From an uncultured delta proteobacterium (lineage in GTDB: Bacteria > Desulfobacterota > Binatia > UBA9968), in contig CAVSHR010000002.1 of assembly GCA_963727625.1 (NCBI GenBank), positions 704,001 to 768,000 of the forward strand: DNA of 64,000 nt. Reading direction: 5' to 3'. The notes under the pieces are model-generated. The model had not been told where the DNA came from. It did not search any database and saw only the letters and a list, made by a program, of their open reading frames with translations. Both the position numbers and the translations under genes were made by a program. This document shows positions 41,423-51,441 of the stretch, one piece after another (the stretch's first letter is position 1; each line of letters begins with the position of its first letter).

Positions 41423-41952
41423 AAAGTCCTGTCGTCTTATGGTGTGCCGGAAAAAACAACTCGGCAAGATGTTTGATCGTCTTAGTACTAAATAAATTAC
41501 CCAAGTGTCAACCGTCGTCGCTCCCAGTATTGTCCGAATGCCCTGATGCGCGCCGAAACATTTTTATTTCCCCTCGCTAGGTTTTTTGGGTTGAATTGCT
41601 TGATAAGGAGTTTCACGCGCTGTTACTAGAAAAAGATTGGGCCGTGAATCCCTCATTTTTTTCCTGAGCGTCAGCGGGCTCTTTGTCCGGCCCAAATCCT
41701 GTGAACGCAATATCCTTCTGATCGCTTGTCGTTCATCTTCGATGCCGTAGATGTAAACTCGCCGATCGAGACTCCGGTCAAATAAAACCGACCGTTGGCG
41801 GGAGGGAGTGAATCGCGTGTTAAGAACCCGATTTATTCAGAGTCGGTGGGTGCAATCGCCGGCTGACGCGAGCTATCGAAGACAAATGACCTAGTGTAGA
41901 CGAAGCGGCCAATAGAAAATCCACGTCCAAGCGGCGTCCAACGGAGGTGTTC

Positions 41953-43002
41953 ATGAGAAATAAAAATTTGTGTTTTTGGGCAATGTCGATTTCGAGTCTG
42001 GTGATTTTAGGGATGCTTTCTCCGCAATCGGCTGAGGCCCAAAGTTCCAAAAGCTTTTTTGAGGGCAAAACGATTACGCTGATCGTGGGCTCCTCGGCGG
42101 GAGGCGGGACCGACAATACGGCCCGGCTGATTGCCCGGCACATCGTCAATCATATTCCCGGGCAACCTCGTGTTAACGTGACCAATATGGCCGGCGCGGG
42201 TGGCATGCGCGCCGCTAATCATCTCTACAATCGCGTCGACGGTGACGGACTGACCTGGGCTACCATGAATACGGGCGGGCTATTTGGTATGGCGACCGGC
42301 AACCCCGCCTTGAAGTTCGAGCTACAAAAATTCATTTGGATCGGTCAGGCTTTGGACGAGGCCCAGATGGTTTACGTCCGGTCCGCGACGCCCTACACCA
42401 GCTTCGACGCGATCAAGAAAGCCAACAAAGAAGGTAAGCGGCCGAAGATGGGAGCTCAAGCGAAGGCCCATTCGAGCAACGTCGTCATCAAGATTTTTGA
42501 ACAGATCCTCGGTGTCGATATCGATGTCGTCTACGGATATCCGGGCACGCCTGAGATCATGCTCGACATCGAGCGCGGCGCTCTCGACGGCCGTTCGCAA
42601 GGCCCCGGATCGCTGCTGTCGACCAAGCGCGATTGGATCGAGAATAAGTTCATCACGTTTTTGGCGACGTCCAAGGGCAGCAGAGATGACCGGTTGCCGC
42701 AGGTTCCGAGCATCGCCGAACTCGCGCCTGGAAGTGCCAAGCCGCTGCTGGCTGCGCTGTACGCCGTCCAAAACGTCGGCCGCTCCATCGTCATGCCTCC
42801 CAAGGTACCGGCGGACCGGGTGAAAATCTTGCGCAACGCGTTTGCCGCGATGACCAAGGATCCGGCGTTTCTGAAAGAGGCGGAGAAAATTTTCCTGGAG
42901 ATCGGCCTGACCCGCGGCGAGGACATGAATCGCGATATCGAGGAGACGATCAAGGACAAAAAATTGATGGCCATGTATAAAAAAATTCTCACTGCGCCAT
43001 AA
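41953..43002 (+). CDS. tripartite tricarboxylate transporter substrate-binding protein (TctC/Bug family)
   Basis: Signal peptide; VGSSAGGGTD..AR, NMAGAGG, DGLT; RBS GGAGG. Confidence 0.9.
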   Translation: MRNKNLCFWAMSISSLVILGMLSPQSAEAQSSKSFFEGKTITLIVGSSAGGGTDNTARLIARHIVNHIPGQPRVNVTNMAGAGGMRAANHLYNRVDGDGLTWATMNTGGLFGMATGNPALKFELQKFIWIGQALDEAQMVYVRSATPYTSFDAIKKANKEGKRPKMGAQAKAHSSNVVIKIFEQILGVDIDVVYGYPGTPEIMLDIERGALDGRSQGPGSLLSTKRDWIENKFITFLATSKGSRDDRLPQVPSIAELAPGSAKPLLAALYAVQNVGRSIVMPPKVPADRVKILRNAFAAMTKDPAFLKEAEKIFLEIGLTRGEDMNRDIEETIKDKKLMAMYKKILTAP

Positions 43003-43024
43003 ATTGTCCTGAGGCGCTGTCGCA

Positions 43025-44503
43025 ATGCTGGAAGCGATTCAATCGGCTTCGGCCGAGGTCTTCACGCTGAGCCGGATCGCGTGGCTCGTGTCCGGTGTGC
43101 TTCTGGGGATGATCATCGGCATCATCCCAGGGCTGAGCGGCAGGGTCGGGCTCGCGATTGTCTTGCCGTTTGTCGTCAAGATGGACCCCGCAAGCGCGCT
43201 GGTTTTGATTGTCGGGATCCACGCGATCACCAATACCTCTGATACGATCCCAGCGGTGCTCTTCGGTGTTCCCGGGACGACCGGGGCGACGGCGACGATC
43301 ATGGACGGCCATCCGATGGCGAAAAACGGCGAGGTCGAGCGCGCGTTCGGCGCGGCTTTTGTTGCGTCGGCCGTCGGTGGCCTGATCGGCGCATTCACGG
43401 TGCTCGCGACCATTCCGATTCTCCGGCCGCTCATTCTCACCTTCGGCAACCCGGAATTTTTTATGACGGCGATTCTCGCCATCACCATGGTAGCGGTGCT
43501 CACCGGCGGCGCGCCGTTGAAGGGTCTTATCGCCGGCGCTTTCGGGCTCTTGATCGGCATGATCGGCGACGCGCCGCAGACGGCGGTGCAACGTTGGACC
43601 TTCGGCCAGCTTTATCTCTGGGATGGGTTGCCGCTGGTGCCGGTGGCCTTGGGTCTTTTCGCCATCCCCGAGATCATCGATATGACCCTCGGCGGGACAA
43701 AAATCGCGCCTAACTCGGCGCCGACCGACACATCGACGCGCTGGCAGGGTGTGTTGGATATCATGCACAACTGGTGGCTCGTGTTAAGGTCGAGCTTGCT
43801 CGGTACCTGGATCGGCATTCTGCCAGGAATGGGCAGCACGACCGCGATCTGGTTGGCTTATGGACACGCGGTGCAAACTAGCAAAGACAAGGACCGTTTC
43901 GGTAAAGGCGATGTGCGCGGCGTCATCGCGCCGGAGGCGGCGAACAACGCCAGTGACGCGGGCGATTTTGTTTTGACTCTGGCCTTCGGTGTGCCGGGTA
44001 GCACGACCATGGCGCTGATTCTGGCCGCCTTGCTGTTATTGGGGCTCACGCCGGGACCGAAAATGCTCACCGAACATCTCGATCTCACCCTGGTGATCGT
44101 TTGGAGTCTTGTGCTGGCCAACCTGTTGGCTACTGCTTTGTGCTTTGCCTTTGCCAGGCAACTCGCCCGCATTACTCGGCTCCCCGTGCACTATCTTTTT
44201 CCCGTGCTGATCGTTGTGATCTTCGTGGCCGCGTTTCAGACTACGGCGGATTGGGGTGATTTGGTCACGCTGATCGGGTTTTCGTTGCTTGGCATCGCCA
44301 TGAAGCGATTCGAATGGCCTAGACCGCCGTTGATCGTCGGCATCGTCCTGCAGCGGTTAGCGGAAACCTATTTCTTTTTGACGACCAAGCTCTATGGCGC
44401 TGCGTGGGTGACACGGCCGTTGGTGCTGCTACTTTTCACCCTGGCGGTGGGCACGATCGGCCACGCGGTTTGGCGCCGCTATCGGGCTGAGGTTGTGCAA
44501 TGA
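43025..44503 (+). CDS. tctA: tripartite tricarboxylate transporter permease TctA
   Basis: GIIPGL, LFGVPG, DGHPMAKNG, GVIAPEAANNA, LAFGVPGS. Confidence 0.92.
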   Translation: MLEAIQSASAEVFTLSRIAWLVSGVLLGMIIGIIPGLSGRVGLAIVLPFVVKMDPASALVLIVGIHAITNTSDTIPAVLFGVPGTTGATATIMDGHPMAKNGEVERAFGAAFVASAVGGLIGAFTVLATIPILRPLILTFGNPEFFMTAILAITMVAVLTGGAPLKGLIAGAFGLLIGMIGDAPQTAVQRWTFGQLYLWDGLPLVPVALGLFAIPEIIDMTLGGTKIAPNSAPTDTSTRWQGVLDIMHNWWLVLRSSLLGTWIGILPGMGSTTAIWLAYGHAVQTSKDKDRFGKGDVRGVIAPEAANNASDAGDFVLTLAFGVPGSTTMALILAALLLLGLTPGPKMLTEHLDLTLVIVWSLVLANLLATALCFAFARQLARITRLPVHYLFPVLIVVIFVAAFQTTADWGDLVTLIGFSLLGIAMKRFEWPRPPLIVGIVLQRLAETYFFLTTKLYGAAWVTRPLVLLLFTLAVGTIGHAVWRRYRAEVVQ

Positions 44504-45015
44504 ACGAGCCCACGGCACGGTCAAAATTCGATCCGTCTTTTTGGCTGTCATTATTTTTCGTCATCGTTCTCACCGTCGGCGTGGTGACTGCCGGCGCCTG
44601 GCGCTGGGATACGCGTCTATTTCCATGGGCCATCGGCGTCCCCGCGTTGGTCCTCGCGCTTTGGCAATTGGCCGCGGATGCCCGCGGCGGGCGCGCTCGA
44701 TTGCCGGCGGAAGCGAAAGCCGCCGAAGCAGCCGGCGATCTTGCGCTGGATTCCACCATACCGGCAGAGATCGTCAGAGAGCGGACCTTGAGAGCCATCG
44801 CTTGGATCGCTGTTTTTATGCTTGGAATCTGGCTGGGGGGCTTTCTGATCGCAATCCCGATTTTCGTCGCGCTCTATTTGTTCTACGAAGCTCGCGCCGG
44901 GCTTGTGGCCGCCATCTTGTTGGCGGGCTGTACGGAGTTATTTGTGTGGGGAATTTTCGATTGGTTGATGAACATTGCCTGGCCGGAGGCGGCGCTGTTT
45001 GCCCTATTTCGCTAG
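44500..45015 (+). CDS. tctB: tripartite tricarboxylate transporter TctB family protein
   Basis: 4-5 TM segments, LFPW motif, ATGA overlap with tctA stop. Confidence 0.85.
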   Translation: MNEPTARSKFDPSFWLSLFFVIVLTVGVVTAGAWRWDTRLFPWAIGVPALVLALWQLAADARGGRARLPAEAKAAEAAGDLALDSTIPAEIVRERTLRAIAWIAVFMLGIWLGGFLIAIPIFVALYLFYEARAGLVAAILLAGCTELFVWGIFDWLMNIAWPEAALFALFR

Positions 45016-45601
45016 AAAGTCACGACCTACTAAGGGAGCCTCAATTTAGAGACATTGGATATGCCGCAATGCATATTTCCAGGAGTGCCAAGGGGCAAGC
45101 GAACGAAGGGCACCATCGCTGGCCTACCCGCAAGCCACGTCGACCGACGGAGGGCTCATCATGGATGGTTCGATCGTCAAGCGGATCGACGAATCGGGAT
45201 TCGGCAAAACGCCGTACAAGAAAATAGCGGCTCCGGAGAGAGACTTCGAGGAAGTTTCGCCGCTGCGTTGACCGACGAGTCGCGAATTGGAACCGGAGCA
45301 GGGCGCATCGGCTTTGCGTCCCGTGATGGTCGCCGAACGGCGCCGCGCTTGTTCCGGGAAGATTCCCTGTCGATGTTTCGGGCGGGATGCGGCGCTTGCG
45401 GCAACACGCGGCGAGCTTGATCGTTGGGGTGGTTAGGCCTAAGATCCTGATCGATCCGACGCGGCCGCTATAATGGCATACCAAGCGCCGTTGCAGCGGC
45501 AGAGTTGATGTCCGTTTGGTCCTCGGCCTTGAGCAAGGCCGGGTCGGTCATAGTTTTATACGTGAGTTAAAGAAGTCTCTAAACCCGAGGGGAGATCGAC
45601 C

Positions 45602-45964
45602 ATGGCACGCATCAGACACATCGCATTACTGACGAAGGATACCGAGAAACTCGCGGAGTTTTACAAAACGTCCTTCGGACTCAAAGAAGTCGCGCGCAGT
45701 GGCGAAGCGAGCGAGCACGGCAGGGCGATCTATCTTTCCGATGGCCACATCAATCTCGCCGTTCTTCCGGCGCGCAATCGCCGCGAAGGGATTTTCCATT
45801 TCGGCATGGAAGTCGGCGATGTCAAAGCAGCGGCGCAAACCGCGCTGGCGGCGGGCGCCACGGGCGGCACGGCGGCGCTGCCCAAGGACGGACGTTTTGC
45901 CGAAACCTTCGTACTCGACCCGGTGGGCACCCGCGTCGATCTATCGCTCGGATGGAAAGTTTGA
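45602..45964 (+). CDS. VOC (glyoxalase) family protein
   Basis: IRHIAL..FYK..FGL, HFG, DPVGTRVDL; RBS GGGGAG. Confidence 0.9.
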   Translation: MARIRHIALLTKDTEKLAEFYKTSFGLKEVARSGEASEHGRAIYLSDGHINLAVLPARNRREGIFHFGMEVGDVKAAAQTALAAGATGGTAALPKDGRFAETFVLDPVGTRVDLSLGWKV

Positions 45965-46072
45965 GTTGTGCCGGCTAATGCTCAATGCTTGGCGCGGCCA
46001 AGCGTCGTACCGGGATGAACTAGACCATGCCGGTATGATGATACTATCTTCTTCGGCTAGGATTTAGCCGAT

Positions 46073-47602
46073 ATGACGCCGGCGGCAGCTGCTCCCAGCC
46101 ATCTTTCTTTCCCGCTCAAAACTTGCCGCGCTTTTGTCGCGCTCGCATCATTGGCCTCGGTCAATGTGTGGAGCGGCTGTGCTGTAGCCCCACCCTGGCA
46201 AGATCACGCCGTTGGCGGCATAGGCCATATCGAAGTCCGGAAAACCGACGGTCGAGTCGAAGGCGTGGTCATCGGCGCGCCCTTCGGGCTTGTGGAACCT
46301 GATGCGGCTGAAGTGGCCATGACGCTGAGCGATCAAACGGGCGCAGGGTTAGTGATCGCCTACGGTTTTCGCGCGAAACGAATTCCGGTCGCTCAGCCCC
46401 TGGTCCATATGTCGCCTGTTGCGGGCCCAATCGCCAATGAGCGCTGGCCTGACAGCGTCTATCCTGAATTTCGCTCGCTGATGCAAAGCACCGTCAGTGG
46501 CCCGGTGAAATTTTATGTCGGGGTTCGCGCTATCGATGCGAAGAGCAGTGTAGATCGCATCGAAGTCGCCACCTGCGGGCTCAGTTTTGAACAGGTTAAA
46601 GCCGTGAAAGCGGCATTTATCCGGATTCGCGACCGGGCCATTGCAAGCAGCTCAATTCCGAAGATCGATATGACGCTTAATCCCGTCGACGATATTTCAT
46701 GGAACGTCAAGGGAGTTAAAAATCATGGCGTGTTGCTGCTCGCGGAAAAGGGTTTGATCCTGCGCATGCCCAAAATACTCTCCGATCCGCAGGCTAAATT
46801 GGTTTACACTAAAATCTTCATTGACTGGGTCTCTAAAGCGCTGAATCTGGTCGCGCAGAATCCGTCTCATTTGCCGGCCGTCCGGGTAACGCTCGTGCCC
46901 TATGGCCGGATCGAGACGAGTCCGTCGCGAAAAAATATCGCCGGCATCGTCATCGGCGCCCCGCATGGAAGTTTCGATCGGCATACTTCCGAGTTGGCCG
47001 AAGAACTCAGCTATAGAACATCGCTCGCCGCGGTGACGGTTAAGGGGTTTTCGCCCACCGAAGGGGACGGCTGGCGCATCAACGTCAACCGGCCAACCGA
47101 AAAGCGCTATCCGAGCGGCGAGCCGGAGCAAGAGCGCGGCACCGAGCGTGCTCGCCAAGCCTTTCGACGGTACCGCAAAACCGTTCTTAACGCAGCGGGC
47201 GGGACCTTGGATCTCTATATCGATCTGCATGAAAATGGTGTCGACGATAATATCGACGTGGCCACGCTGGGTGTCTCGCGCGAGGAAGCGCGCGTCGTGA
47301 CGGATACCTATCGCGAAATTCGCGACCGCATGATTGAACGGCGGCCCGGCCTGTCTAGAATCAATATTGCGATCGAGCCGGTCGATAAAGTGACCTTTAC
47401 GGCCCGTGTCGCCAAGCAGGAGGGAATTCTGCGAGTGGCAAAGCGGAGCTTTCATTTCGAATTGCCGACGCATCGTTTGTTCTACGACGCAGGTGTCCGC
47501 CACGCGTACACGGAAATTCTAAGCGAATTGATCCAGCGACTCGCCGGGTTGCGCGTTGCTCAATTCGAAGCCCGGGCGGAATCGATTCTCCCGATCCGAT
47601 AA
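46073..47602 (+). CDS. putative lipoprotein with tandem Zn-hydrolase-like repeats (N-formylglutamate amidohydrolase / poly-gamma-glutamate hydrolase-like)
   Basis: WSGC lipobox-like; C-repeat APHGSFD, INVNRP, YIDLH, HFELP; degenerate N-repeat; fold assignment is inference. Confidence 0.7.
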   Translation: MTPAAAAPSHLSFPLKTCRAFVALASLASVNVWSGCAVAPPWQDHAVGGIGHIEVRKTDGRVEGVVIGAPFGLVEPDAAEVAMTLSDQTGAGLVIAYGFRAKRIPVAQPLVHMSPVAGPIANERWPDSVYPEFRSLMQSTVSGPVKFYVGVRAIDAKSSVDRIEVATCGLSFEQVKAVKAAFIRIRDRAIASSSIPKIDMTLNPVDDISWNVKGVKNHGVLLLAEKGLILRMPKILSDPQAKLVYTKIFIDWVSKALNLVAQNPSHLPAVRVTLVPYGRIETSPSRKNIAGIVIGAPHGSFDRHTSELAEELSYRTSLAAVTVKGFSPTEGDGWRINVNRPTEKRYPSGEPEQERGTERARQAFRRYRKTVLNAAGGTLDLYIDLHENGVDDNIDVATLGVSREEARVVTDTYREIRDRMIERRPGLSRINIAIEPVDKVTFTARVAKQEGILRVAKRSFHFELPTHRLFYDAGVRHAYTEILSELIQRLAGLRVAQFEARAESILPIR

Positions 47603-47736
47603 CCACAGGCGCCCTCCATTTTAACATCAGCTTTAGCGCTGCATATTCGCTACGCGGCCGGCTTCCGTTACGCTCTACTTCTTTTTCTTTGGACCACAGA
47701 ATTGCTCGCCGACGTTCCACATCGCATCAGAGCTTA

Positions 47737-47783
47737 TGTGAACAATTTTTACAGTTTTCTTTGCGTTGTGCAGCTCGGTTACA
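47737..47783. promoter_or_regulatory. tandem putative enhancer (UAS) sites for a sigma54 activator
   Basis: TGTGAACAATTTTTACA (47737) and TGTGCAGCTCGGTTACA (47767), both TGT-N11-ACA. Confidence 0.55.
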
Positions 47784-47867
47784 TAAAAATTCATACTCGA
47801 TGCTCCGAGTTTCTAGATAATCAGTTTATTTGCAAAGGTTTATTTATTTTCGTCTTTTTGCCGCATC

Positions 47868-47883
47868 GGGCACGTCTGTTGCA
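47868..47883 (+). promoter_or_regulatory. sigma54 -24/-12 promoter
   Basis: GGGCACGTCTGTTGCA versus consensus TGGCACGNNNNTTGCW; AT-rich IHF-like segment (AATCAGTTTATTT) just upstream. Confidence 0.7.
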
Positions 47884-47922
47884 GCCGACAAAGTTCGAGT
47901 TCGGAGGGCTCCGAGGCCGAGC

Positions 47923-48015
47923 ATGACTTATTCACCGCGAACTAAGGGTTTGACACCGGCAGCGCGAGTTCAGGAATTAGCTTGGTTTGGGACGACCGCT
48001 CGCTTTGGAATCTAG
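47923..48015 (+). CDS. possible 30-aa leader peptide / small ORF
   Basis: GGAGG and GAGG upstream; MTYSPRTKGLTPAARVQELAWFGTTARFGI*; first ORF after the sigma54 promoter. Confidence 0.3.
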   Translation: MTYSPRTKGLTPAARVQELAWFGTTARFGI

Positions 48016-48108
48016 GCATTCCGGAGCGGATTAGCCGGCTCCAAGTCGGCATGAATGTGTGATGAAGGGGGCGAAACGCCGTCTGATTTCTTCCGATTAT
48101 CCAGCCCA

Positions 48109-49590
48109 ATGTCAGGGCGAACCAGAGGCCGTGGCAAGGAACCGGTCAACGGCTACTCCTTCCGCTGGTTGGTTCTCACGGTAACTCTCCTGCTCTGGAG
48201 CGGCTGCAGCCTCCAACAGCCGCTCCAGAGTCAACCCATCGGCGACTTAGGTCGCATCGAATACAGAAAAACTCAGCCGTATACTAAGGGTGTTGTCGTC
48301 GGTGTGCCGCATGGATTGTCCGAGCCGGCCGCTGTAGACTACGGCAATAGCATCGCGAGTGCGACCGGTTCCGGCATTGTGGTCGCTTACGGGTTTAGTG
48401 CCAGACGAGTCTCCGTGACCCAACCCTTAGTGCGCTCGGTTGCGTTGCAATCCTTCCCGTCGGATCCATACCATCGCGTCAGCATCTATCCTGAATTCAA
48501 AGCCTTGCTGCGCCGCGCGGCGGACGGACCGGTAAAATTCTACGTCGGCATCCGCACGGCGACGAAAAAGTCTGCTCTAAAACGCATCGAGGTCGCGACC
48601 GCCGGTTTTTCATTCGCACAAGCGAGGGTGCTGAAAGATACGTTTGCTCGGATTCGCGATCGCGAGCTTGATGGGGTCGCGATTGCCAAGTTCGACCTCG
48701 CTTTGGATCCGCTCGATCATCTTTCTTGGAGCATCGATGGGTTTAAACATCATGGGGTGCTGATGCTCGCCGAGAAGGGATTGAACCTTCGATTGCCTGA
48801 TAGTTTAGCGAACGTTACGGCGAAGAGGGTCTACGGCAAAATACTAAGCGAGTGGGCTCGCGAGGCTATCGTGATGGCGGAAACAGACCTCGCTGGGTTG
48901 CCCCAGGTGCAAGTCACCAAACTGGCCTACGGCAAGCTCGAGTTGATAGCCCCGGCGCGCCAAGGCTATGGGATCGTCGTCGCCGCGCCGCATGGGACAT
49001 TCGACGCGCACACGGCTGGAATGGTTCGACTTATCTGCTCGCGGGACGGCTTGGCGGGGGTGGTCGCTACTGGTTTCACGCCCACCGAGAGCGGTGATGG
49101 TTGGCGCATCAATGTCAATCGGCCGACCGAGCTGCGCGTCAACGCGAGCGACCGGGAGATTCAAACGGAGCGTGCCGCGACGACCTACGATAGGTTTCGA
49201 AAAACTGTGCTCAAGGCGGCCCAAGGCACGTTAAATTTGTACATCGATATCCATCAAAACGGCGGCCAGCGCATAGAAGTTGCCACGGTCGGACTCTCCA
49301 TGGATGAGGCGAGGTTTGTGAAAAAGACTTATCGGGAATTGCGCGATAAGGTGCTTGCAGTGCGCCCGGATATCGCGGTTGTCGAGCTGGCTATTGAGCC
49401 GCTCGACAGTCTCGAAGTCGGCGCCTGGGCGGCCAAAACCAACGGCATCCTGCGCTTGGCCAAAAAAAGTCTGCACTTCGAATTGCCCGCCGACGGCATC
49501 ATGGCAACGGATATACAACGAGAAATTTACACTGACATCCTGACCGAACTGCTCGGCAAGGTTGCCGCGCAAGTCGCCGGTCCCCGCTAG
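48109..49590 (+). CDS. putative lipoprotein with tandem Zn-hydrolase-like repeats, paralog of 46073..47602
   Basis: LLLWSGC lipobox-like; APHGTFD, INVNRP, YIDIH, HFELP; start uncertain (48055 or 48109). Confidence 0.7.
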   Translation: MSGRTRGRGKEPVNGYSFRWLVLTVTLLLWSGCSLQQPLQSQPIGDLGRIEYRKTQPYTKGVVVGVPHGLSEPAAVDYGNSIASATGSGIVVAYGFSARRVSVTQPLVRSVALQSFPSDPYHRVSIYPEFKALLRRAADGPVKFYVGIRTATKKSALKRIEVATAGFSFAQARVLKDTFARIRDRELDGVAIAKFDLALDPLDHLSWSIDGFKHHGVLMLAEKGLNLRLPDSLANVTAKRVYGKILSEWAREAIVMAETDLAGLPQVQVTKLAYGKLELIAPARQGYGIVVAAPHGTFDAHTAGMVRLICSRDGLAGVVATGFTPTESGDGWRINVNRPTELRVNASDREIQTERAATTYDRFRKTVLKAAQGTLNLYIDIHQNGGQRIEVATVGLSMDEARFVKKTYRELRDKVLAVRPDIAVVELAIEPLDSLEVGAWAAKTNGILRLAKKSLHFELPADGIMATDIQREIYTDILTELLGKVAAQVAGPR

Positions 49591-50079
49591 CCCAAAACTC
49601 TCACACCCGGCGATAACCCTGCTGGTCATTTCCCGTAATCGGGGAGCTGCCACAGAGTGGAAAGAGTCCCGTTGTGGTCCACTCCACCTCCCTGTTTTTT
49701 CCGGGCTTCCTCTGGTGGAGCTGAAGCTTAAATCGTGATCTGGCGTCAGCCGTGCGAAACGAGTCGCCAAGCGACTGCATTTGATACTCTAAGAGTCGCA
49801 TTCTCCTAATAGCTAGCGGCTTCGTTTGCGGTTATCACACTATAAGTTCGAAGCCTGACAGCTTTGAAGCTAAGTTGATTCGCCTGATTTCTAGGAAATA
49901 AAAAATAAATAGTCATTATGGATCGTTGACTGCCCGGTCGTTTAAACTTTCCGAACTTTATCCCAAGTACAAACAGAATTCGGTTAATTTTGTCGGTTAA
50001 TTTTGTGGTTGACCGCCTAGGACTTTTGGAGTACATGAAACATGCTCAATGAGCATTCGGCGCGTGAGGTTAAATTATT

Positions 50080-51441
50080 ATGGTTCGTGTATTGGTCGTT
50101 GAAAAAGAAGGTCGTACGAGAGCAGTGCTGCAATGCCAGTTGCGCAGCAGCGCAAAGGTGAAGTCGGCGGCCTGTATCGAATCGGCGATGGAAAAGCTCG
50201 CCAATCATAAATACGACCTTATCCTCTGGAACACCTGCTCGGACCGGTTAGCTCTCGCGAACTTCAAGGACACGCTGATTCTGTTGTCGCAAAAAACCCT
50301 CGGCACGAGGACGATTGTGTTAACCCCTCCTCAAGATACTACTGCGCTAGCGCCTTGTGCAAAGCATCTCTACGTTAAGCCGCAACCCAACAACGACGAA
50401 GAGCTGCTGGCGCTGGTCGAAAATCACCTCCCGCTTGTAAACGAGGACGAGCCGAATCGCCCGGCGATCGGTGAGTTGGATTTACCGATGGAGCTGGAGG
50501 GGCTCATCACGGTCAGTTTACCAATGCGGGCGGTGATCCGGCGGATTATCGAAGCGGCGGGGGTGGACATCCCGGTGTTGATCACGGGGGAGACCGGAAC
50601 CGGGAAAGATCTGATCGCCGCGGCGATCCACAAGCGCAGCCTGCGCAAGGACAAGCCGTATATACCGGTCAATACCGGAGCGATGGCGCCGGAGCTGATC
50701 GCGAGCGAGATTTTCGGACACGAGCGGGGCTCGTTTACCGGAGCGCAAGAAGCGCGGGCGGGGATCTTCGAGCAAGCCGACGGCGGCACGGTGTTTTTGG
50801 ATGAAATCGCCACGATGGACGAGAAGACGCAGGTAAGCTTGCTGCGGGTGTTGGAGGAGAAGGCGTTTCGGCGAGTGGGGGGGATCAAGAAGATCGGGGC
50901 CGATGTACGGATCATCGCGGCGACCAACGAGAATCTGGAGCGCAACGTAACGGAGAAGCGGTTTCGGGAGGATCTATTTTATCGGCTCAATGTGTTTCAC
51001 ATCAACGTGCCGCCGTTGCGCGAGCGGCCTGGAGCGATCACGGTATTGACGGATCATTTTTTATCGCATTTTTCGACGGTGTACGGGAAAGATGTGGAGC
51101 GGGTCTCGCCGGAGACTTACCGGTTGTTGCGTCGCTATCCATGGCCGGGCAACGTGCGCGAGCTCAAGAACGTGATTCAGACCGCGTTGCTGATGATCGA
51201 AGGCAAGGAACTCAAACCCGAGTTCATCCCTCAAAGAATCCGGGACGCCGATAGTGCCACTCGGACCGCCAGCGATTCCATTTGTTCCTTTCGCATCGGT
51301 ACTTCATTAGACGCGGTTGAAAAAGAACTGATGCGCATGACACTCATGCGCGTTGGCGGCAACAAGAAGTTGGCGGCGAGTATTCTCGGTATCAGCCGGC
51401 GCGCTCTCTACAACAAGATCAAGAGGCATGAGCTGCACTGA
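50080..51441 (+). CDS. sigma54-dependent activator (pseudo-receiver + AAA+ + Fis HTH)
   Basis: GETGTGKD, GSFTGA, FLDEI, FREDLFYRL, WPGNVREL, AASILGISRRALYNK; receiver-like N-domain VLVVEKE / YDLILWN lacks the phospho-Asp. Confidence 0.93.
   Translation: MVRVLVVEKEGRTRAVLQCQLRSSAKVKSAACIESAMEKLANHKYDLILWNTCSDRLALANFKDTLILLSQKTLGTRTIVLTPPQDTTALAPCAKHLYVKPQPNNDEELLALVENHLPLVNEDEPNRPAIGELDLPMELEGLITVSLPMRAVIRRIIEAAGVDIPVLITGETGTGKDLIAAAIHKRSLRKDKPYIPVNTGAMAPELIASEIFGHERGSFTGAQEARAGIFEQADGGTVFLDEIATMDEKTQVSLLRVLEEKAFRRVGGIKKIGADVRIIAATNENLERNVTEKRFREDLFYRLNVFHINVPPLRERPGAITVLTDHFLSHFSTVYGKDVERVSPETYRLLRRYPWPGNVRELKNVIQTALLMIEGKELKPEFIPQRIRDADSATRTASDSICSFRIGTSLDAVEKELMRMTLMRVGGNKKLAASILGISRRALYNKIKRHELH
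50530..51230 (+). repeat. 701-bp direct repeat, copy 1 (AAA+ core)
   Basis: Appears identical to 52234..52934 (offset 1704) by visual comparison. Confidence 0.9.

Noticed and set aside
44493-45484. ORFs 44493..45227, 45041..45484, 45055..45420
   Set aside because: Arg/Pro-rich frames without motifs; the first overlaps tctB.
49601-50036. Minus-strand ORFs in the AT-rich gap before the activator
   Set aside because: No RBS or motifs; more likely promoter DNA.
50719-50745. GSFTGA instead of GAFTGA
   Set aside because: Common functional variant of the sigma54-contact loop.
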